A stretch of 37,342 nucleotides of DNA from Actinomycetota bacterium (GTDB taxonomy: Bacteria; Actinomycetota; UBA4738; HRBIN12). The notes beneath the pieces are model-generated. The model saw only the letters and a program-made list of their open reading frames with translations, did not search any database and was not told the DNA's origin. Both the position numbers and the translations under genes were made by a program. The DNA is taken from assembly GCA_041486205.1 (NCBI GenBank), contig JBGPKY010000002.1:1-37342 (forward strand). The letters are read 5' to 3'. Positions 8,267 through 16,284 of this stretch are shown one piece after another (position 1 is the stretch's first letter; each line of letters starts with the position of its first letter).

Positions 8267-8282
8267 TGTTTCACGTGAAACA
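8267..8282. promoter_or_regulatory. parS: parS centromere-like site (perfect consensus palindrome TGTTTCACGTGAAACA)
   Basis: Read directly at 8267-8282. Identical to the Firmicute/Actinobacterial parS consensus TGTTNCACGTGAAACA and perfectly self-complementary. Its last base is the A of the rsmG ATG. Lies upstream of rsmG-parA-parB. Confidence 0.85.
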
Positions 8283-8908
8283 TGAGCCTTAGTCCCACCG
8301 CAGCCGAGCTATCCCAGGCCGCCCAAGAGATGGGTGTTCCGGTTACGGATGGGCAGGCGGCGACCCTGGCCCGTTTCGAGGCTCTGCTGCTCAACCGCGC
8401 CGTGGACCTCGGTCTCGTCGCCGAGGGGGACCGTAACCGGATCCGCGAGCGGCACCTACTCGACTGCCTCCGGGCGGCGACCACCGTGGTTCCGACAGAC
8501 CGGGAGGCCTGCGACCTCGGCTCGGGGGCCGGTCTCCCCGGAGTTGTGGTCGCCGTCGTGAGGCCGGCAGTGCACGTGGTCCTCATCGAGGCGCGGGTCC
8601 GGCGCGTCGCGTTCCTTGAGTTGGCGGTCGCGGAGCTCCGACTATCCAACGTCGCTGTACGCCACGGAAGGATCGAAGAGATGAAGGATCTTGCGGACCT
8701 CTGCTTCGCTCGAGCGTTTGCCCCCCTCGAGGAGTCTTGGAGAGCGGCGCGCCGTTTGTTGCGTCCGGGCGGCAGACTCGTTTACTTCGCCGGAGCCCGG
8801 GGGGTGGCCCGAGGGATCGAAACCCCTCTCGTGGGCGCCTCTGCGTGCCTGGTGCTGGAGCCCGTGCTTGAAAGCTCTGGGCGCCTGGTTATCATGACGC
8901 GGCAGTGA
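8282..8908 (+). CDS. rsmG: 16S rRNA (guanine527-N7)-methyltransferase RsmG (GidB)
   Basis: 208 aa. ..RIRERHLLDCL.., SAM motif DLGSGAGLPGVVVAV. Conserved position upstream of parAB. Confidence 0.9.
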   Translation: MSLSPTAAELSQAAQEMGVPVTDGQAATLARFEALLLNRAVDLGLVAEGDRNRIRERHLLDCLRAATTVVPTDREACDLGSGAGLPGVVVAVVRPAVHVVLIEARVRRVAFLELAVAELRLSNVAVRHGRIEEMKDLADLCFARAFAPLEESWRAARRLLRPGGRLVYFAGARGVARGIETPLVGASACLVLEPVLESSGRLVIMTRQ

Positions 8909-10392
8909 CCAAACGGAACCCTTCTTCCCGCGACACCTCCGCCGCCACGAAGAAGAACAGCGTCCACAGGCAGCCAGTCACCGGCACTCTTGCCAAGCCC
9001 TCCAAGAAGACCGGCTCGAAGCCCCCACCCAAAGCTCCGGTGAAGACCGCGCCGACCGCAACCGTAGGTTCAGGCTCCGTCTCCGCTCGATCGCGCGCGC
9101 GCGTGATCGCCGTGGCGAATCAGAAGGGGGGAGTCGGCAAGAGCACCACTGCGGTCAGTCTTGGAGCGGCGCTTGCGGAAAGAGGCCATCGCGTACTCGT
9201 GGTCGACCTCGACCCACAGGGAAACGCCTCGACCGGCTTGGGGATCCGACATGAGGCTCGCGAAGTGACCGTTTACGATGTTCTGGCCGCCGAGGCACCC
9301 ATCGCAGGCGCCATCGTGCAGACCCCCGTCGAAGGGCTGTTCGCGATCCCCTCGACGATCGACCTCGCAGGCGCCGAGATAGAGCTTGTCAGCCAGTTCT
9401 CGCGGGAGCTCCGACTACGTAAAGCCCTCGAACCGTTGAAGCACGGAAGCTTCGAGTTCATCTTCCTGGACTGCCCGCCGTCGTTGGGGCTCCTCACCGT
9501 CAACGCGCTGGCCGCTGCGGAGGAGCTCCTCGTTCCCATCCAGTGTGAGTACTACGCCCTCGAGGGGCTCGGTCAGCTGCTGCGAAACGTGCGTCTGGTG
9601 CAGCAGAACGTCAACCCGGCCCTTCGTCTGACCGGGATCGTGATGACCATGTTCGACCCCCGGACGAAGCTGTCCCAACAGGTGGTCGACGAAGTCAGGC
9701 GCTTCTTTGGAAGCCGCGTGTACGACACGATCATCCCCAGGACCGTTCGTTTGTCCGAAGCCCCCGGCTTCGGACAGCCGATCACCGTGTACGATCCGAG
9801 GTCCCGTGGGGCTGAATCCTATCGAGCCCTGGCGGCAGAGGTGGCCGAGCGGGAGGTGGTGGGCGATGCGCTTCCCATGTTGGACGAGATCCCCCACGTG
9901 ATCAGAACCGCTCCTTCACCTGAGGTGGTCTTGGTCCCCCTCGAAGCCGAGCTCGAGGTCGATACTCTCGAGCGGGACTCGCCGGCGCCGGGAGCTCCAG
10001 CGCAGCCGGAAGAGGGCAAACCCGAACTTGAGGACAACACCGCCGAGGAGTCGTTCGACGCCCGGCCCGTGGACAGCGCGTTCGCCGAGGCCTCCCGCGG
10101 GGACCCCGTCGCGGATGCAGAGGCCTGGCTCGGGGCTCTCGAGGCTCAGGCGGAAGTTGAGGCGAAGACCACTGAGGTTCTGAACGGGGGGCCGACCGAG
10201 GGGTCGGCCGGCCCGGAGTCTCGACCTGAAGCGCTCAGCTCACCTGAGGTCGAGCCGAACGTGATCGCCGGGTCGGACGCCGCGCTCTCCACCGATGCCG
10301 AAACCATCAAGCCAGCGTCGGATGGGAGTGCGTCGGCGCCTGCCCCGGCGAAGAAGCGATGGAGCCTGTTCCGAAAAGGAGGCGACGGATGA
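8905..10392 (+). CDS. parA: Chromosome partitioning ATPase ParA/Soj with long N- and C-terminal extensions
   Basis: Deviant Walker A IAVANQKGGVGKSTTAV begins at aa 68. The ParA core runs to ..AESYRALAAEVAERE (~aa 318). GTG start overlaps the rsmG stop (GTGA). The uninterrupted frame continues ~178 aa past the core with GC-rich third positions. An alternative internal start (e.g. GTG ~9040) cannot be excluded. Confidence 0.9.
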   Translation: MTKRNPSSRDTSAATKKNSVHRQPVTGTLAKPSKKTGSKPPPKAPVKTAPTATVGSGSVSARSRARVIAVANQKGGVGKSTTAVSLGAALAERGHRVLVVDLDPQGNASTGLGIRHEAREVTVYDVLAAEAPIAGAIVQTPVEGLFAIPSTIDLAGAEIELVSQFSRELRLRKALEPLKHGSFEFIFLDCPPSLGLLTVNALAAAEELLVPIQCEYYALEGLGQLLRNVRLVQQNVNPALRLTGIVMTMFDPRTKLSQQVVDEVRRFFGSRVYDTIIPRTVRLSEAPGFGQPITVYDPRSRGAESYRALAAEVAEREVVGDALPMLDEIPHVIRTAPSPEVVLVPLEAELEVDTLERDSPAPGAPAQPEEGKPELEDNTAEESFDARPVDSAFAEASRGDPVADAEAWLGALEAQAEVEAKTTEVLNGGPTEGSAGPESRPEALSSPEVEPNVIAGSDAALSTDAETIKPASDGSASAPAPAKKRWSLFRKGGDG

Positions 10393-11273
10393 AGCGTGGG
10401 GGTCTGGGACGGGGTCTATCGGCGCTGATCCCCGGGGCGGTCGAGGAGGGGGGGCGCGGTCTCCTCGAGGTGCCGGTCGGAGCTGTCGCGCCGAACCCAC
10501 GACAACCGCGAACGCTGTTCGAGGATGAGTCCCTCGACGCGCTGGCCCTTTCGATCCGAGAGGTGGGGGTCCTTCAGCCGATCGTCGTCCGCAGGGTCGA
10601 AGGTGGCTACGAGCTGATCGCTGGGGAACGTCGACTGAGGGCTGCCAAGCGCGCGGGGCTCGCAACGGTTCCGGCGATCATCCGGGATAGCGACGACACG
10701 GACTCGCTCCGTGAAGCCCTGATCGAGAACATCCACCGAGAGGATCTCGGCCCGATCGAGCTCGCGGAGGCGTTTCGCGAACTGCTGGAGGAGCTCGGGT
10801 TGAAGCAGGAGACGCTGGCAGAGCGGCTGGGCGTTTCCCGATCGCACGTGGCCAACACCATCCGCCTTCTTCAGCTTCCGGCCGACGTGCAGCAACTGCT
10901 GGCCGAGGGGAAGATCCAGGCCGGGCACGGCCGCGCGCTGCTGTCCCTCGCCGACCACGGGGCTCAGACCTCGCTTGCCCTCCGCGCCTCCGCCGAGGAG
11001 CTCTCGGTCCGGGAGGTAGAGGAGCTCGTTCGGAACTTCCTCGAGCACCCGGCCGTTGCCGCGGCCAAACCCGTGAAGACTGCGGCGCCACCGGAAGAGA
11101 CCTCGCTCGCCGAGGTCGAGGAGATCCTTTCCGAGCAGCTCGCTACCCGTGTTTCCGTGCAGATGGGGAAGAAGCGCGGGCGGATCATCGTCGAGTTCGG
11201 CTCTGCTGACGACCTCGAGAGGATCGTATCCGAGATAATCGGCTCAGGCCCGGGGCTCGCACCCGCGGAGTAG
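10389..11273 (+). CDS. parB: Chromosome partitioning protein ParB (parS-binding CTPase family)
   Basis: MKRGGLGRGLSALIPG.., ..IVVRRVEGGYELIAGERRLRAAKRAGL.. (GERR arginine patch), HTH ..QETLAERLGVSRSHVANTIRLLQLP... ATG at 10389 follows AGGAGG and overlaps the parA stop (ATGA). The track start at 10359 is less likely. Confidence 0.9.
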   Translation: MKRGGLGRGLSALIPGAVEEGGRGLLEVPVGAVAPNPRQPRTLFEDESLDALALSIREVGVLQPIVVRRVEGGYELIAGERRLRAAKRAGLATVPAIIRDSDDTDSLREALIENIHREDLGPIELAEAFRELLEELGLKQETLAERLGVSRSHVANTIRLLQLPADVQQLLAEGKIQAGHGRALLSLADHGAQTSLALRASAEELSVREVEELVRNFLEHPAVAAAKPVKTAAPPEETSLAEVEEILSEQLATRVSVQMGKKRGRIIVEFGSADDLERIVSEIIGSGPGLAPAE

Positions 11274-11275
11274 GC

Positions 11276-11290
11276 GGTAGCCGGGCTACC
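11276..11290. terminator. Short hairpin between convergent parB and ddl (weak bidirectional terminator candidate)
   Basis: GGTAGC-CGG-GCTACC: 6-bp stem with a 3-nt loop in the 12-nt gap, overlapping the ddl stop codon. Confidence 0.2.
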
Positions 11291-12227
11291 TCCTAGCCAG
11301 AGCGAGGTCGACGATCCGAGCGCAGAGGTCGGGGAACGAGACCCCGGCCGCACTCGCGGCCATCGGGAGCAGGCTCGTATCGGTCATCCCCGGCGAGATG
11401 TTCACGTCCACCACGAACGGCCTGCCTTCGCGGTCGACCATGACGTCGGCGCGGCTGACGTCACGAAGGCCGAGCGCTCGGAAGGCCTTCGTCGCTTCGG
11501 CCACGGATGCGGCGGCGACCTCTGGTGAGAGGCGGGCAGGCGCGTAGTACTCGGTCGCACCGGCCGTGTAGCGGGCCGCGTAGTCGAAGACCCCGGACTT
11601 CGGGACGATCTCGACGAGAGGAAAGACGTCCTGTGAAGTGCCGACCATCGACGCCGCTACCTCCGTGCCCTCGATCTTGCGCTCGATCAGAGCTGCGTCC
11701 CCGAACGACAGCGCGCCCATGACCGCCGCCGGCAGGTCAGCTTCGCGGTCCACGAACCTCAAGCCCATGGCCGAGCCGGCGCGGTTCGGCTTGACGACGG
11801 CCGGTAGCCCCACGTGCTCGACGACTCGCGAGAGTATCGCGCCCGCCGAGAGGTCGCGAAGCGCATTGGCTTGCACCGCAGCCCATCCGGGCGTTGCCAC
11901 GCCGGCCGCCTCCAGCACCTCCTTCGCGAGCACCTTGTCGAACGTGATCTGGCAGGCGTGGGGCTTCGCTCCCGTGTAGGAGATCCCGAGGAGCTCGAGA
12001 AGGCGTTGGACGGTTCCGTCCTCGCCGTCCTTGCCGTGGAGCGCAACGTAACACGCCGAAACGCTTGCAGCGGAAAGGGTTTCGACCATCGACTCCTCGG
12101 ACGGATCGAGGACGAACGCGTCGTAGCCGCGCGATAGGAGCGCCGTCATGACCCGATGTCCCGATCGAAGCGAGACCTCCCGCTCGGGGGAACGACCGCC
12201 AGCAAGGACGGCGATCCGGTCGCTCAT
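11286..12227 (-). CDS. ddl: D-alanine--D-alanine ligase
   Basis: 313 aa. MSDRIAVLAGGRSPEREVSLRSGHRV.., ATP-grasp ..VVKPNRAGSAMGL.., C-terminal ..DVNISPGMTDTSLLPMAA... Typical Ddl. Confidence 0.9.
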   Translation of the reverse strand: MSDRIAVLAGGRSPEREVSLRSGHRVMTALLSRGYDAFVLDPSEESMVETLSAASVSACYVALHGKDGEDGTVQRLLELLGISYTGAKPHACQITFDKVLAKEVLEAAGVATPGWAAVQANALRDLSAGAILSRVVEHVGLPAVVKPNRAGSAMGLRFVDREADLPAAVMGALSFGDAALIERKIEGTEVAASMVGTSQDVFPLVEIVPKSGVFDYAARYTAGATEYYAPARLSPEVAAASVAEATKAFRALGLRDVSRADVMVDREGRPFVVDVNISPGMTDTSLLPMAASAAGVSFPDLCARIVDLALARR

Positions 12228-13450
12228 GGTCGCAGCGAGCGGAAGAGCTCGTCCTCGTCCTTGAGCAGGTCGCCGAGACGGCGGATCCCTTCGACGATGT
12301 CGTCCTCAGGCGGGTAGCAGTACGCGAGGCGCATCTTGTCCTTCCCTCTACCGTCGGGATAGAAAGCCGTGCCGGGTACGTAGGCGACACGCCGCTCTAC
12401 CGCGGCGGCGAGCAGCGCCTGCGTGTCGACGTAGTCGGGCACGGTTACCCACACGTAGAAGCCGCCCGCCGGGTGGGTCCACGACGAGCCCGCAGGGAAA
12501 TGCTCGTCGAGGGCGGCGACCATCACGTCGCGACGACGACGATAGACATCCACGAGGCCGGCGAGGTTGACGCGCCAACGTTCGCCCGCGAAATACCGCT
12601 CCGTGACGAGCATGTTGAACGACGAGCCGCAGAGATCGGCGGCCTCCTTGGCCAGTATCAAGCGTTGCGTCACACCAGGTTCGGCGAGCGACCAACCCAC
12701 GCGGACGCCCGGTGAGAAGGTCTTCGACACGGTGCCGAGGTAGATGACGTTCTGAGGATCCATCGAGCGCAGGCACGGCTCGGGATTGCCCTCGAAGCGC
12801 AGCATCCCGTAGGGGTTGTCCTCGACGATCGGGACGGAGGCCTCCCGACAGAGCGCGACGAGCCGCTCACGTCGCACGCGCGACATCGTCACGCCGGCGG
12901 GGTTGTGGAAGTTCGGAACGGTGTAGACGAACTTCGGGCGCGCGCCGCGAAGGAGTGCCTCCTCGAGTTGTTCCACGATCATGCCCTCTTCATCGAGCTC
13001 GACCTGGATGTAGCGAGGCTCGTACGCGCTGAACGCAGAAAGTGCGCCGACGTACGCCGGCGCTTCGATCACGATCTCGTCACCCGGATCGATCAGGACC
13101 TTGCCGACGAGGTCCAGCGCCTGCTGGGCGCCGTTCGTCACGACGACGTCGTCCGGGTCGGCGTCGATACCCTCCTCGGCCATCAGCATCACGAGCTTCT
13201 CGCGGAGCCCCGGCTGGCCTTGACCGCCCCCGTATTGCAGGGCGGTCGTGCCCAGATCGGTCAGAACGTCAGTAACCGCGTCGATCACGTCCTGAGGCGG
13301 CAGCGCCTTCACGTAGGGCATGCCGCCAGCGAGGGAGACGACCTCGGGCCGCGATGCGACCGCGAACAGAGCGCGCACCTCGGAAGCCGACATCCCGGAG
13401 GTTCGCCGGGCGTATAGGTGCACGTATGGGTCGACGGAGAACTCGGCCAT
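12224..13450 (-). CDS. PLP-dependent aminotransferase, class I/II fold (ARO8/LysN-like)
   Basis: Track ORF 12224..13474. ..VVSLAGGMPYVKALP.., ..VVVTNGAQQALDLV.., PLP-lysine motif GTVSKTFSPGVRVGW. ATG at 13450 (MAEFSVDP..) preferred. Its stop overlaps the ddl ATG (ATGA). Confidence 0.8.
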   Translation of the reverse strand: MAEFSVDPYVHLYARRTSGMSASEVRALFAVASRPEVVSLAGGMPYVKALPPQDVIDAVTDVLTDLGTTALQYGGGQGQPGLREKLVMLMAEEGIDADPDDVVVTNGAQQALDLVGKVLIDPGDEIVIEAPAYVGALSAFSAYEPRYIQVELDEEGMIVEQLEEALLRGARPKFVYTVPNFHNPAGVTMSRVRRERLVALCREASVPIVEDNPYGMLRFEGNPEPCLRSMDPQNVIYLGTVSKTFSPGVRVGWSLAEPGVTQRLILAKEAADLCGSSFNMLVTERYFAGERWRVNLAGLVDVYRRRRDVMVAALDEHFPAGSSWTHPAGGFYVWVTVPDYVDTQALLAAAVERRVAYVPGTAFYPDGRGKDKMRLAYCYPPEDDIVEGIRRLGDLLKDEDELFRSLRP

Positions 13451-13502
13451 GGGACGCCGATGGTAGCAACCCAACAGGTCGAAGGGGCGAAGCGCGGGTG
13501 GA

Positions 13503-13697
13503 TCAGCCGGGGGCAGCCACCCTCGAGCACCGATGGGATGCGACGTAGAGCAACGAGACGACGGGCACGAAGATCATGAGGAACGTGAGACCGCGCTGCG
13601 CGTGTGTGAAGAGCGAGTGGGCGACGGCGTACATCCAGATCGCGAGCGGGATACCCACCAAGAACAAGTGGCCGACGGCGGAAAGTACCGCGTCCAT
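13503..13697 (-). CDS. Hypothetical small membrane protein (two predicted TM helices)
   Basis: Track ORF 13503..13754. From the internal ATG: MDAVLSAVGHLFLVGIPLAIWMYAVAHSLFTHAQRGLTFLMIFVPVVSLLYVASH... Hydrophobic, GC-rich third positions, no recognisable family. Confidence 0.35.
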   Translation of the reverse strand: MDAVLSAVGHLFLVGIPLAIWMYAVAHSLFTHAQRGLTFLMIFVPVVSLLYVASHRCSRVAAPG

Positions 13698-13752
13698 CCA
13701 ACGATCCTGAGCTGCCAGTTTCCCTCTGTCAACGCGCGATAGGCTCCGCAGC

Positions 13753-14610
13753 ATGGGCGACTGGCCGTTCGGGGAGTACCCGGCGGGAGGGCTCGAGCGC
13801 CTCGGCCCGCACGTGACCGCCTTCTACGCCGAGGACTTCCCCCTTTCGAACTCCGGGATCGTTCGTGGGACGGAGGCGACGCTCGTATTCGACGCGAACT
13901 TCGCCCAGGAGGGTCTGAAGCTTCGCCAGGCGGTCGATGCCGAGGGACCGCCGCTCCAGGAGCTCGTCCTCTCGCACTACCACGACGATCACACGCTGGG
14001 CGCCATGTACCTTGCGCCCCCGGCCCTCGTGCGGAGCCGAGCGTACACGCGCGAACGGATGGGCACGTGGGCGAGCGACCCCGACCTTCCCGATCTGCCG
14101 GAGGGTGTCCGCGTCGTCGTGCCCGACTCGATCGTCGAGGAGGAGGACGTGCTCGATCTGGGCAGCGGTGTCCTGGTTCGTCTCATGCCGGAACCGGAGG
14201 CGCATACACGCGGGGACCTGTGGGCGCTCGTCGAACCCGACGGGGTGGCGCTCTGCGGCGATCTCTGGTTCACGAGCTGCGAGCCGTACCTCGGTAGCGG
14301 GTCGGTGGCGGGTTCGATCGCAGCGATCGACCGCCTCCGAGATGCGGCAGCGAACATCTACCTGCCGGGCCACGGGCGCGCGGCAACCCTTGCTCCGCGG
14401 GGGCACGAGCCAGTCCAGCGGTTGTGCGCCTGGCTGTTGGAACAGACGTCGGCCGAGATGGCGCGGGGTCTCGAAGGTGACGGCCTAGCGACCGCGGTAC
14501 GAGCCGCATTCGCCCAGCGGGACGACCTCCGTTTCCCGTTTGCCATCCCGGGGTTCCTCGAAGAGGGTGTGGTCGCCGCCGTCCGCGATCTGAGCGGGAT
14601 CAGCCCGTAA
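13753..14610 (+). CDS. MBL-fold metallo-hydrolase
   Basis: 285 aa with the HxHxDH motif (LSHYHDDHTLG) and downstream His/Asp ligand candidates (..YLPGHG..). Confidence 0.75.
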   Translation: MGDWPFGEYPAGGLERLGPHVTAFYAEDFPLSNSGIVRGTEATLVFDANFAQEGLKLRQAVDAEGPPLQELVLSHYHDDHTLGAMYLAPPALVRSRAYTRERMGTWASDPDLPDLPEGVRVVVPDSIVEEEDVLDLGSGVLVRLMPEPEAHTRGDLWALVEPDGVALCGDLWFTSCEPYLGSGSVAGSIAAIDRLRDAAANIYLPGHGRAATLAPRGHEPVQRLCAWLLEQTSAEMARGLEGDGLATAVRAAFAQRDDLRFPFAIPGFLEEGVVAAVRDLSGISP

Positions 14611-15544
14611 CGCTCGGAAATACCTGCGTCGCAAGGAGTTCCAAGGTGTCCAGGTCGTCGAAGAAGCTGTGGTTGAGCATCACGCGCTGGACACCCGCGG
14701 CCGCGTATTCGTTCAAACGCTCGGCGGCTTGCTCAGGGGAGCCGGCGATGCTTCCGCGGGCGTTCTCCTCGTAGGTTTCCTTCAGATCCGGATCGAGCTC
14801 CTGCGCCTTCGCGTACCGCGCACGCGCTTCGGCCTCGGTCTGGCCCACGTACATCCACGTCATCAGCGAGGTCGTCACCGTGGACTGATCGCGGCCCGCT
14901 ACCTCGACGGCGTCGCGAACCCTCGCGTAACGATCGCGGACTTCGTCCGGCGTGCCTCCGACCGTGTTGAACTCGTCGGCCCACCGCGCCACGAGGCGCG
15001 CGAGGCGCGGCTTGCCGTCTCCGCCGACGATGATCGGGGGATGCGGCTGCTGCGGGGTTTTGGGAAGGAAGCGGCAATCCTGCAGCGCGTAGTGTTGGCT
15101 TTCGAACGAGAAGGTGGGGTCGGAGAGTAGGCCGTGGACGATCTCGAGCTGCTCTTCGAGGATCTCGAATCGCTCACCGGTCGGGGGGAAGACGAACCCG
15201 TGGGTCCTGTGCTCCTCCTCCCACCAGCCTGCGCCGATCCCGATCTCGACCCGACCTCCGGATATACGGTCTACGGTGGATGCGATCTTCGCCAGCACGG
15301 TCGGATGGCGGAAGGTCACGGGGGAGACCAACGTACCCAGGCGTATACGTTCGGTCCGCGCGGCCAGCGCAGCCATCACCGTCCAGGCGTCCGATGAGCC
15401 ACGCCCGGGCACGTCCATCACCGAGTAGTAGTGGTCCGACGTGAACAAGCCGTCGAATCCGTATGCCTCGCAAGCGCCCGCGAACGCGAGCCACTGGTTC
15501 CAGGTGACCCCTTCTTGGCCCTCGAGCATGAGGCAGAACCGCAT
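14600..15544 (-). CDS. Luciferase-like monooxygenase (LLM) family oxidoreductase, probably F420-dependent
   Basis: 314 aa. MRFCLMLEGQEG..FDGLFTSDHY..LGTLVSPVTFRHPTVLAKIASTVDRISGGRVEIGIGAGWWEEEH.. is the LLM TIM-barrel pattern. Strong RBS GAGGAGGGGGAGG upstream of the ATG at 15544. Confidence 0.8.
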   Translation of the reverse strand: MRFCLMLEGQEGVTWNQWLAFAGACEAYGFDGLFTSDHYYSVMDVPGRGSSDAWTVMAALAARTERIRLGTLVSPVTFRHPTVLAKIASTVDRISGGRVEIGIGAGWWEEEHRTHGFVFPPTGERFEILEEQLEIVHGLLSDPTFSFESQHYALQDCRFLPKTPQQPHPPIIVGGDGKPRLARLVARWADEFNTVGGTPDEVRDRYARVRDAVEVAGRDQSTVTTSLMTWMYVGQTEAEARARYAKAQELDPDLKETYEENARGSIAGSPEQAAERLNEYAAAGVQRVMLNHSFFDDLDTLELLATQVFPSVTG

Positions 15545-15723
15545 AGTCCTCCCCCTCCTCCACGTCTGCGCCTACAATCCTTTCACGGACAAGCCCTCCC
15601 CCGACGAGGTCGCCCGAGCGACGAAAGCATTGATCCTGGGGCTGATGATGGGTGCGACGATGGCCCTCCTATCCAGGGCGAGACGGTCGCACGGCGAACG
15701 TCCCTAGAGTTCGGGATCGCTGC

Positions 15724-16284
15724 ATGAGCCATCGTGTCATCGACGTGGACCTCGCGAATTTCCACCTCCTGCCCGAAGCGTGTCTCCTCTCTGTCTTCTG
15801 GGAGATGAACGAGGAGGACGCCGGTCTGGACCCCGGTTTCGAGAAAGAGGAGTGGTTCTCCTCGACGCTGCTCGAGTGGGGCCGCTGCGGGAAGCTCGTC
15901 GTCGAGGACGGTACGCCGTTGGGCTTCGCGCAGTACGCGCCCGCCTCTTTGTTCCCGCGGATCCGCGAATACCCTGCGGCCGACCCTGAGTCGCCTGCCG
16001 CCTACCTCGCCTATTGCTACGCCGAGGAGGGACACCGCGGCGAAGGGCTCGGCACCGAGCTGATACGTGAGATCGCACGAGATCTCCTCGAGCGTGGCTA
16101 TCGCGCCATCGAGGCGATCGGGGACCGGAACTGGAACGGAAGCTGGGTGCTTCCGCTCGACTTCCTGACTTCGAACGGGTTCAAAGTGGTGCGCGATGAT
16201 CCTAGGTTCCCGCTACTGCGTTTGGATCTAGGCGCTCGAGCACAACCGCACGAGTCGGCGGCACGTGCGCTCGCCTACGAGTAG
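15724..16284 (+). CDS. GNAT-like acetyltransferase domain protein
   Basis: Track ORF 15652..16284. ATG at 15724 (MSHRVIDVDL..) avoids an Arg-rich N-terminus. ..YCYAEEGHRGEGLGTELIREIARDLLERGYRAIEA.. resembles GNAT motif A (R/Q-x-x-G-x-G/A). Convergent with cwlM, the slot occupied by Rv3916c in M. tuberculosis. Confidence 0.55.
   Translation: MSHRVIDVDLANFHLLPEACLLSVFWEMNEEDAGLDPGFEKEEWFSSTLLEWGRCGKLVVEDGTPLGFAQYAPASLFPRIREYPAADPESPAAYLAYCYAEEGHRGEGLGTELIREIARDLLERGYRAIEAIGDRNWNGSWVLPLDFLTSNGFKVVRDDPRFPLLRLDLGARAQPHESAARALAYE

Noticed and set aside
15441-15707. 88-aa ORF in and beyond the LLM gene 5' end, including a possible 25-aa hydrophobic micro-ORF (TTG..ILGLMMGATMALLSRARRSHGERP)
   Set aside because: The upstream half overlaps the LLM coding region and its RBS on the other strand. 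The micro-ORF has no convincing Shine-Dalgarno and cannot be supported from sequence alone. TACAAT (15573-15578) and TAGAGT (15705-15710) are -10-like, but neither has a -35 or a sensible spacing to the GNAT start.
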